This document shows positions 45,771 through 56,143 of a stretch of 64,000 nt of DNA, piece after piece. Position numbers and translations under genes: made by a program. Numbering within the stretch: the first letter of the stretch is position 1; each line of letters starts with the position of its first letter. The stretch comes from Squalus acanthias (lineage: Eukaryota), in assembly GCA_030390025.1 (NCBI GenBank), contig CM059432.1:24120001-24184000 (forward strand), read 5' to 3'. Below the pieces are notes generated by a model, which was not told where the DNA came from, searched no databases, and saw only the letters and a list, made by a program, of their open reading frames with translations.

Positions 45771-47005
45771 GGGGGAAAAATCGATAAGGCCCAAAAACGA
45801 GCACAAGTATCGCGATGTGCGATCTGCCTACTGAAAGTGGTGCAGGCAGCACGCAAAATTTGTGCTGCATACTCGTTACCATGATTGCAGCACTGAGCTC
45901 AGCGCTAAATGTGCTATTGGTTGGCTCAGCGCTCAACAGAGGGCCCAATATTGTGTGGAGTTTGCTCTTTATTTAAAGGTTGCCTGCAGACTCAAAGGCT
46001 GCACTTCTTAAAGGAGAGGTGCTCTGTTAGAGAAGTACCTGATTGTGGCTCGAGCTGGAGCAATGTGTCTCAACAGGGGAGAGAGTGTGCACCTCGGTTC
46101 TCAGATGCAGAACTAGAGGCCTTGGTGCAGAGGGTGTATAGGAGGAGGCAGGTACTCTACCCGCAGCGGGGCAGGAGGACTTCCAGGCACACTGTGCAAA
46201 GGCAGTGGAAAGAAGTCGCAGAAGCCGTCAGTGCCAATAGTGTTGCCCCAGGACATGGATCCAGTGCCGGAAGAAGTTTAATTACCTCACTTGAGTGGTC
46301 AAAGTGAGTGAATGCACTTACACCCACATCTCACACCTTGCACACAATTCCATCTATTCAACCATGAAAGGCACATCACCCAAACACACTCCACCACACT
46401 CACTGACACACTCCCCTTTCTCTTGCAGGTCAAGGTGTCTCATAGCAGCAGAGAGCAGGAACAAACAGGCGGAGGGCAAGCACGGCTGCACAACCTGACT
46501 CAGCTGAAGGAGACTGTGCTGGAGATCATTGGAGAGGCCATCACTGAGGACGAAGCTGAGAGCATTGATGGTGATGGTATGCTCATACCTAATCCTTCTT
46601 CTCACATCCCACTTCCCCCTCATCCCACAATCTCTTCCCACTTACAAGCTGCTGATAGTGTATGCATGCACATCTTGCTTTCCCCCCCTACCCTCACCAC
46701 AATGTGACCCTTGTGCCTCTCTCCTTTCAGATACCCAAGAACTCCAACCTTGTCAGCCTGTGCAGCAAGAAGTAGAGGAGGAGAGTGATGGAGAAGAATA
46801 GGCACCGTCACCCGATCTGACACCCCCAGGCACCAGCTCAGAAAATGGCCCTGCACGTACTTTCGAGGGTAGTATAGAGGCGGGATCTGCATGTGGTGAG
46901 TCACCGGGACTGCAGCGAGGCCAGCGGGGAAGAGAGGCGCAGGTGCCAGCTCCCCAGAGGGCGAAGTCGCACGTGAGTTCTGTTGCACATGACTCAGATG
47001 AGCTC
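45771..47005 (+). mobile_element. Harbinger left half with three-exon Myb/SANT pseudogene (exons about 46065-46303, 46429-46576, 46731 onward); right end missing
   Basis: Starts GGGGGAAAAATCG; APRFSDAELEALV...QWKEVAEAVS...RTWIQCRKKFN; GT/AG boundaries at the same positions as in the 25423 gene. Confidence 0.8.
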
Positions 47006-47584
47006 TTAAAGGACTGCTGCACATCTCAAAAGGACTAGTGGGCTGGAGGCTGACTAAATAAGACTTGAAGACCTCCTAGAACTGTCATCTTCACAGAGGA
47101 GAGCTAAGAGGTTTTATTGAAAGAGATGGTCCTAAGGAAAGTGTCTGGTTTTGAAGTGAGGAAAAAGTAGAAGCAGTGTACAGCAAGTATTACAAAAGAT
47201 GGCCAATTTTGTGATTATTGTCACCTCTGCACATTGCTCAGGAAGAATAATGGATGCCCACTCAAAGCACCAAGCACTCAGCCTACAATATGCTATGATA
47301 TTTGCAATGCAGACTAAAATGCTTTGTCCCCATGTTTTATTTAAACCTAAAAAATGCTGTCACTGAAACTACACCTCCAACTCGATGGTTGCCAAAGAAA
47401 TAGGCCCCTTTTCACTCACAGTTTTAGCATGTTTTCTCATTTCCACATACTGGCTCCGATATCTACTTGTTCTCTACAGCCTCAATTTTAACTGTGTGTC
47501 AGTTTTTAGCGGGTGACCGGTAGTTAGAAACTCACCCGCTGCTCCAAAGATGAGGCCTTGCGTATTTTAACATCCAGGCCTGCT

Positions 47585-47722
47585 CAGTCCTAGATAGTGT
47601 TGAGCTTCTTGAGTGTTGTTGCAGCTGTACCCATCCAGGTAAGTGGAGAGTATTCCATCGCAATCTTGACTTGTGTCTTGTGTGTGACAGAGAGGTTTTA
47701 GGGAGTCAGGAGATGAGCCACT
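47585..47722 (-). mobile_element. CR1-Zenon-like LINE fragment
   Basis: Matches 40465-40600. Confidence 0.75.
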
Positions 47723-48633
47723 CTACGGGCATTGTGCATTGCTGGGAAGGGACCGCTCCCCAAGGGCTGCATCTTGGAATTGCGGAGGTAGTATTGTGTT
47801 CTAGGTGAAATAATAATGAAGTCAATACAGTGACATAGGAGTTAAAGATATATTAGATAATACCATATACCTTCAAGCTACTGCATGGTATACAGTGTTG
47901 CCAAAAATAAATCAGCAGTGAATTTTCTGCCTATACAATAAATATTACAATAGTCTTATGATTACAAAATCACTTCGTGGCCCTTTTTCCTACATAGTAC
48001 AAAACAATTCTGCTGTACGTATCGCTCTTCTGCTTGTGATTCTTGTGAATATTAGCCATCATGACTAATGGCTATTAAAGGAAGTGCCGATGAGTATTAT
48101 ATGTAATGTCCATGCTGAGAGAACTGCTACTGATAGAGACAATTAATTCTTTCAATTAATCAGTCAATTTACCATCCTGAAGCGAAGTGAGAGTCAACAC
48201 CCTGCTAGCTGGCACCAGAACATCTTTATAAAACACTCCAGCCATCAATGTTTTTGATTAATTACAGCAGACCATCTCAGGAAGCTGCAGCTATATTCAA
48301 TGGTATTTTCCTGTAGTGTGGTTAGACGGGACTAAAATAAAGCTACTAAATAATAGCTGATCATGGTCAACTCGGACTGTGATACCTTCGTTCCTCCATT
48401 GACTGCTGATTCATGCTATCCTGCGCCATGTAGTTAGTAAAGCAATTTTAGATATACAGGGAAAAACAGGACATGCTGGACAGCTGAAATAAAAAAAAGA
48501 ATAGTCTGGAATCTGAAATGAAAATAGAACATGTCTCTCCGAAATGTTTCACACACAATTTGTTTGAAGTGCAGTCGTTATTGTTATGTGGGTGAACAAA
48601 GAGTGTTATGGGACGCTCATCAGAATGGATGCA

Positions 48634-49123
48634 TAGAATCATAGAATATAGAAATTTATAGCACAGAAGGAGGCCATTCGGCCCATTGTGTCTGTGCCGG
48701 CTGAAAAAGAGCTATCCAGCCTAATCCAACTTTCCAGCTCTTGGCCCGTAGCCCTGTAGGTTATTAAGAACATAAGAATTAGGAGCAGGAGTAGGTCATA
48801 CAGCCCTTCGAGCCTGCTCCACCATTCAATAAGATCATGGCTGATCTTCGACCTCAACTCCACTTTCCCGCCAGATCCCAGTATCCCTTGATTCCCCTAG
48901 AGTCCAAAAATCTATCAATCGCAGCCTTGAATATACTCAATGACTCATCCCTCTGGGGTAGAGAATTCCAAAGATTCACAACCCTCTCAGTGAAGAAATT
49001 CCTCCTCATCTCAGTCTTAAATGGCCGACCCCTTATCCTCAGACTATGCCCCCTAGTTCTAGTCTTTCCAGCCAGGGGAAACAACCTCTCAGCATCTACC
49101 CTGTCAAACTCCCTCAGTATCTT
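48634..49123 (-). mobile_element. Two adjacent CR1 3' ends
   Basis: Tails near 48634 and 48765; ORF 48854 onward FDRVDAERLFPL...GKWS*. Confidence 0.85.
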
Positions 49124-50250
49124 AAATAACAACAGAAAATGCTGGAAATACTCAGCAGGCCAGGCAGCATCCATGGAGAGAGAAACAGAGTTAACGTTTC
49201 AGGTCTGGGACCCTTCATCAGAACTGGAAAAAGCTAGAGATGTAACAGATATTAAGCAGGTGCAGAGACAGGGGGGGCGTAGAGGGATTGGACGTCCATA
49301 GTGAAAAGTTTTTACGGTTGGGGCCAGGAAACTGGAAACTGTTAAAGTGATGGAGGGCGTCGGAAGAGTCGCGAATGTAAGTGGGAAGAGACTGGACAAG
49401 GGGAGAAAAAATAGAGTCGAGATAGGAAGAGATAAGTTCCTCCATTCCCCACCAGGACGACCTGAGGGCGCTCCGCTTCTTCCTTGAACAGAGTCCCAAC
49501 CAGTCCCCATCCACCACCACTCTCCTCCGCCTGGCTGAACTTGTTCTCACATTGAACAACTTTTCCTCTGACTCCACTCACTTCCTCCAAATTAAAGGTG
49601 TTGCTATGGGAACCTGCATGGGCCCTAGCTATGCCTGTCTTTTCATGGGATATGTGGAACATTCTTTGTTCCAGTCCTACTCAGGTCCCCTCCCTCACCT
49701 CTTTTTCCGGTAAATCGATGACTGTATCGGTGCCGTTTCCTGCTCTCGCCCTGAACTAGATAAGTTCATTCACTTTACTTCCAATTTCCACCCTTCCCTC
49801 ACCTTCACATGGTCCATCTCCGACTCTTCTCTTCCCTTCCTTGACTTCTCCGTCTCCATTTCTGGTGATCGGCTTTCGACAAACATCCACTACAAGCCCA
49901 CTGACTCCCACAGCTACCTGGACTACACTTCCTCCCACCCCGCTTCCTGTAAGGACTCTATTCCATTCTCTCAGTTTCTCCGTCTCCGCCGCATCTGTTC
50001 TGATGATGCCACCTTCCATACCAGTGCTTCCGACATGTCTTCCTTTTTCCTCAACTGAGGATTCCCCTCTACTGTGGTTGACACGGCCCTTGACTGTGTC
50101 CGTTCCATTTCCCGCACTTCTGCTCTCACCCCTTCCCCTCCCTCCCAGAACCACGATAGGGTTCCCCTTGTCCTCACCTTTCATCCCACCAGCCTCCACA
50201 TTCAACGGATCATCCTCCGCCATTTCCGCCACCTCCAACGTGATCCCACC
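49124..50250 (+). mobile_element. Penelope-like element family 2: inverted pLTR, inverted RT piece and forward RT domain
   Basis: Plus strand from about 49441: SIPHQD...QIKGVAMGTCMGPSYACLFM...FR*IDD...PFLD...HYKPTD; minus strand 49440-49278: SYLDSIFSPLVQSLPTYIRDS...FTMDVQSLY. Confidence 0.9.
49189..49225 (-). ncRNA. Minimal hammerhead ribozyme motif (PLE family 2)
   Basis: AGUU-CUGAUGA-A-GGGUC(CCA)GACCU-GAAA-CG-UU-AACU. Confidence 0.65.
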
Positions 50251-50550
50251 ACCTCCCGTTAATTGTTTAATTGTCCACCACCATTCACGACTGGATGTGG
50301 CAGTACTGCAGAGCTTTGATCTGATCCGCTGATTGTGAGATCGCTTAGCTCTGTTTATATCATGCTGCTTCTGCTTTTTAGCATGCACGTCGACCTGTGT
50401 TGCAGCTTTCCCAGGTTGGTACTGCATTTTTAGGTACACCTGGTGCTGCTCCTAGCATGCTCTTGTGCCCTCCTTATTAAACCAGGGTTGGTCCCCTGGC
50501 TTGATGACAATGGTGGAGTGAGGGATATGCCGGCCCATGAGGTTACAGAT
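50251..50550 (-). mobile_element. CR1-Zenon-like LINE internal fragment
   Basis: KRSHNQRIRSKLCSTATSSREWWWTIKQLTGGGG. Confidence 0.85.
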
Positions 50551-51261
50551 TGGCAACCAAAGGTTTCCTTGAAAGTTGCAGCATTGGACCCGAACTGTAT
50601 CAACATCAGCAAGCAACACTTGTATGTAAGAACAAGCCCAGGAAAGTTGTATATGTTACAAAACTCAGCCCATACTGTTGGCAGGTTTATTCAGTACACC
50701 CATAATCCAACAGGCTCTAAAATTGACTCGCCCATTCTACACACATTAATGGTATTAGTATTTGATTTCAATGCATTTAAATTGACTATTTTAAAGATTT
50801 AACAGTCATGATTCAATTTTTAATTTGCATTTTAAATAGGATTTATTGGAGTTAAACTATGGTCCGCCTCTAGCGTATGTACACTGCACTGAAAGACCTT
50901 GATATCTCACTTTTCTAATCCTGATTTTACAATGCGGTGTGCAATTATTAGGATGTCACAGTTGTGGAAATTGAACTTTTTTTTTCTTATTAAATATATC
51001 AAAGACTCACGTTCTGGAATAAGACAGCCACGTGTTCATGTTGAGCAGAATGTACCTTCAGGGAAAGGTTATCCGTCTCTCCCTCGCTCATACGAAAGAA
51101 CTCCAGCTTTCAAGTTCGATGAAATAAGCACAAACATATTGCAATTGTCACAAAGCTACTTCTATGGTAATAGTTGATCTGCAATGTAGATTCCTAATGC
51201 AGGCACACTGTCACTGATGGTTTCACTGGAGGGAATTACTATTCTAGCTCAAAAATTGAAA

Positions 51262-51955
51262 GTAAGAAAGACTTGCATTTATACAGTGCCTTTCACAGTC
51301 CTAGGATTGTTCCAAAGAGCTTCACAGCAAGTTAAATACTTGTAAAGTGTAGCTATTGTTATAATGGAGGAAACATGGCAGCCAATTTGAGCACTGCACG
51401 CTCCCACAAACGGCAATGAGATAAATGACCAATTCAATAGTTTTAGTGATGTTGGTTGAGGGAGAAATGTTGGCCAGGGCACAGGGAGAACTGACCTTCT
51501 TCAAGCAGTGTCATGGGATCTTTTACAACCACCAGAGAGGCCAGACAGGACCTTGACTTAACATCTCACCTGAAAGATAGAACCTCCAACAGTACTGTGC
51601 TGGAGTGTCAACCAAGATGTGCGGGTTAGGTTGATTTGGCTATGATAAATTGACCCTTAGTGTTAGGGGGAGATTAAATATGTGGGGTTATGGGGATAGG
51701 ATGGGATATGTTAGGGGGAATTAAATATGTGGGGTTACGGGGGTAGGGTGGGATATGTGCACTGCGGGGCTTAAAGCAGGGACAGGGTACTGGATTTGGA
51801 TGATCAGCCATGATCGTATTGAATGGTGGAGCAGGCTCGACGGGCCGAATGGCCTACTCCTGCTCCTAGATTCTATGTTTCTATGTTTCTATATTAAGAT
51901 TATATGCTCAAGTCTCTGGAGTGGGGCTTGAACCCACAGCATTCTGACTCAAAAG
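51262..51955 (-). mobile_element. Deu-domain SINE with a nested HE1-like 3' half (about 51618-51892, plus strand)
   Basis: SINE landmarks on both sides; insert is the reverse complement of 2342-2615; AAGAT duplicated at its flanks. Confidence 0.8.
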
Positions 51956-52929
51956 CATACACATGATATGTGAACCCACTTAAATTTGGTAGCTTCATTT
52001 GAGGACAAGCCTCAACTGAGCTTTATTTGCAAGCCCCTGCAAATATATTGTTTCTGTAGCTGGAGCTGGTTGCCCCTGAAAATAAATTCATGTTCCTGAC
52101 ACAAGTTGCTTCGGAGATATTGGAGCAGATTTTGCTGTTCCTGTGCCTGTGCGTATTGGAACACTTGGGCACAGTGCAAAGAGGAAAATTAGGCGGGAAG
52201 ATGTCACACATCTAATGGAACCAAACCAATTTTTCGGCCATATTTAAACGCTCAGAAAACTGGGCAGGGTCCCATATGGCAGTCGACTTCCCTGACTGAT
52301 TTTCCGTTCAAGGGACTCCTTTTGGACCTCAAGCTGAGCGTATCAGGCAGGCAGAACAATCACACCACCTGCCTGATATCCGCCTGAGGTTAAAATGGAC
52401 CCCAATGAGGTAAATCAAGAAGTGCCGGTTACTAAACTAAATGTAAAAATGTGTGGAAATGAACTGTTCACTGCTCACACCTTCACCGACAACATCACAC
52501 GCATTAATCCCTTGCTGTGTACCTTATCAAACATCAAGGACATAAAACACACTGGCAGTTAACATCAGCAGTGCTAGCACAAAAGCCAAATGAAAATTGA
52601 AACAGTGAATGGTGCATATCTTAACAGTTATCAAGGCATGAATTCAGTGTTACAGTGTAATGTTAGGCTTCTGATAATGATTATAAAACCACTTTGCTCT
52701 CCAGTTTATGATACCATCAAGCCTCTTAATTAGATCACCATCTTGTAATCAATCACATTCATCCTTTTTTCTCTATGCAGCCTAAATAGAATCAGTGATG
52801 AACAGACATCCATTGTTGCACTTTGGGATTTTTATAGCACTTTTTGTGCTCATGGCTAGACATAAACTTCCCCAGTCTTTTATGAGCTAAAACCTGCATC
52901 TGTATTCTCTGCCGAGTATGTATTTAGTA

Positions 52930-54120
52930 TACAAAAGCTGGAAATTTGAAATAAAATAAAAAATGCTGGAAATATTCAGCAGGTCAGGCAGCATCTGTGG
53001 AGTGACAGAGTTAATGGCCCAGAAATTGATCTCGCTCTGTTCCCGCGGGGGTAAGGCTTTCCCGCGATCTCTCACCTCGCTTGTGCTTTTTCAGATCCAG
53101 CTCGCACGAACTTCATGTTCTAGAGATCAGCTGGGCAGTGCTTGCGTATCCCAGCGGCGTAGTGAATTCGTGCGAGCTGTGGGATCACGTGACTCAGTTA
53201 GAGCCAATGGTAGCACACCATCTTCCATTCATAAGTTTCACAGCAGGCTGTGAAATCTATGAATCTTACACCCCCCCAAAATAACAGCTAAACCTCAATT
53301 AAATTTAAAAAAAAACACATCACATTAATAAAATAAGTATAGTTAATTAAATTAACCATTTTAAATAAAAAATTAAATTTTTGAAAAAATTTAAAATCTT
53401 TTAAAAAGTTATAAAAATAAACTTACCTGTCTTTAAAGTCTCTAAAAAAGATATACCTGTTAAAAAAAATTCAAAAAAATACTTAATTCACTACTTACCT
53501 TCTTAAAAGCGGGTCTTACTCCTCCTTTTTACATTTCTAAAATCTTCAGTACTTACCTGCGCGTCCAAAGCATGAAGTGCACAGCGTGCGCGCAGCCTGT
53601 AGCGCGCACGCGATGCACCGAGGACCCGCCCCCTTTTCAGAAGAGCAATTGCCGGTTTTCAGCGCATGCGCAGGGCATGCAGAAAACCGGCAATTGGAGT
53701 GGGAATACGCGAGAGTACGCAGTGCGTACTCTCGCGTCCCGGGATCAATTTTCGGCCCAATGTTTCAGGTCGATTACCTTTCATTAGAACTGGAAAAAGT
53801 AAGAGAGGTAACAGGTTTTAAACCAGTACAGAGGCAGGGAAAGGGGGAGGTGAGGAAAGCACAAAAGGGAAGGATGTGATAGGATGGAAGGCAGGAGAGA
53901 TTAAGTGACAAAAGGGATGATGGTACAAGGCGAAAGGAGGTGGTAATGGGACAAGTAAAGAAACAAAAGATGGGTCTAGAGGAGGTGTAAATGGGAATAG
54001 CAGATTCATCAACAACAGCTGCCATCCGAATAAATGGGGGCAGAGGTTATGAACTGAAATTGTTGAACTCAGTGTTGAGTCTGGAAGGCGTTAAAGTGCC
54101 TAACAGAAAGATGAGGTGCT
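52930..54120 (-). mobile_element. PLE family 2 3' end (end of GIY-YIG plus pLTR), split by a MITE
   Basis: Minus strand HLIFLLGTLTPSRLNTEFNNFS; pLTR shared with 49124-49270. Confidence 0.8.
53016..53758. mobile_element. Hairpin-rich MITE, copy 2
   Basis: TIRs GGCCCAGAAATTGATC / GATCAATTTTCGGCCC; TSD AAT/AAT. Confidence 0.92.
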
Positions 54121-55099
54121 CACTTTTAACGCTCTTAAAGCAACACTTGCATAACCATCACAACGCACTCTAATTCTAACTCTAACTCTACAGGTACCCA
54201 GCTCCCCGAACAGAAATTAATTACTCGCATGTACTTAAAAACCTGTCATTCACATTAACAGCCTCATACCCCTATTTCTCTGACTTCAGCTCTCCGATGC
54301 CACACATTCCTCAACTGCTATCCTTGCTCTCGGTTACTCTATCTTCTTCTGGGAGAAATGAGCAAAAATGCTTGCAAGAGGCAGGCCACCAGAGCGGGTA
54401 TCTCTTGAAGCACCTCACCCACTGTGAGGAGAAGACCATGGAACTCACAGCACTCACAAGAGCCAATTTTGTGAAGCATCTGTCCCTCATTAGTCTGTGA
54501 TATGCTACCTCCCACACAACAAATCATGCATAATGCACACAATGGATATTCTGTGACAAAGTTGGCTCCACTTAACTTTCCACTCTGAGCAAGTGTGTAG
54601 GATGTAATAAGAACTGCCTTAATAATTCACTAAACGGAAATATTATGGATACATTTTAATTTTTCTTCCTCTCCTCTCTTGAAGTTGCTAACTCGTTCTA
54701 CGCTCCTGCTGAATGGGCATCATCAGTCTCCTGCACTTCACTACAGTGGACATTCTTCATGTCTGAGCCTTGAAAGCAAGTGCCATCAGGCTTTTCAACT
54801 GTGACATGGGTATGGTCACAGTTGAGTCTGATCTGACATACTTTCTTACCTGACACATGCACAAGCACACTTTTCTAGACAGGGTAAGAAGCAGAATAAC
54901 AAACCATGGCTGATTTTCCCCTTCCCTAGCTGACGTCAATTGAAGCATCCATACTGAGACTAGCTAACAGCACAGACCTGGGAAGATGAGATCTTAATAT
55001 GTCACAGTTTCACTCCACCTTACCCATCGGGGGAGCTGTTAATTACAGACATGTTTGACTGTGGTGACACAGAACACTGAGTGTGCCTTTTCTTAAATA

Positions 55100-56143
55100 A
55101 AACGATAAGGAGACACCTGGTTGCCCCAGTGTCATCAAACAAAACAAACAAAAGTGCCCCCATTTTAAAGGGGCGCAACTAATAGAAAATAAAATCGGGG
55201 AAAAAAAGGGAACTTATAAAATTAAATAATAATGGCCCAGAAATTGATCTCGCTCTGTTCCTGCGGGGGTAAGCCTTCCCCGCGATGTCTCACCTCGCTT
55301 ATGCTTTTTCAGATCCAGCTCGCACGAACTTGATGTTCCAGACATCAGCTGTGCTGGGCTTGCGTATCCCAGCGGCGTAGTGAATTCGTGCGAGCTGTGG
55401 GATCACGTGACTCAGTTAGAGCCAATGGCAGCACACCATCTTCCAATCATAAGTCTCACAGCATGGCTGTGAAATCTATGAATCTTACACCCCCCCAAAA
55501 TAACAGCTAAACCTCAATTAAATTAAAAAAAAACCATCACATTAATAAAATAAGTATAGTTAATTAAATTAACCATTTTAAATAAAAAATTAAATTTTTG
55601 AAAAAATTTAAAATCTTTTAAAAAGTTATAAAAATAAACTTACCTGTCTTTAAAGTCTCTAAAAAAGATATACCTGTAAAAAAAAATTCAAAAAAATACT
55701 TAATTCACTACTTACCTTCTTAAAAGCGGGTCTTACTCCTCCTTTTTACATTTCCAAAATCTTCCCTACTTACCTGCGCGTCCAAAGCATGAAGTGCACA
55801 GCGTGCGCGCAGCCTGTAGCGCGCACGCGATGCACCCAGGCCCCGCCCCCTTTTCAGAAGAGCAATTGCCGGTTTTCAGCGCATGCGCAGGGCATGCAGA
55901 AAACCGGCAATTGGAGTGGGAATACGCGAGAGTATGCAGTGCGTACTCTCGCGTCCCGGGATCAAGTTTCGGCCCATTATCATCACCCGTGTCGACCACA
56001 CATTCCAGTCTCTGCAGTGCCCACTGGTTGCAGAAGATTTCAAGTGTACTGGCAGATACCGCGTGGTCCTTCTCCGGGGACACCTTGGTGCGGACAAAGC
56101 AGCGGAAGTGAGGCAGGCCGCCAGAGTGACCACCCCCACAGGC
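55100..56143 (-). mobile_element. Tx1/L1-clade LINE 3' end, split by a MITE
   Basis: LPHFRCFVRTKVSPEKDHAVSASTLEIFCNQWALQRLECVVD resembles Tx1 ORF2 C-termini (from recall). Confidence 0.55.
55234..55975. mobile_element. Hairpin-rich MITE, copy 3
   Basis: Near-identical to 53016-53758, same orientation; TSD AAT/ATT. Confidence 0.92.

Noticed and set aside
49756..50439. 227-aa minus-strand ORF
   Set aside because: Chimera of a LINE fragment and antisense PLE RT.
54190..54540. Possible host exon (AG acceptors, open frames on both strands)
   Set aside because: No recognisable protein, no convincing donor and no partner exons.
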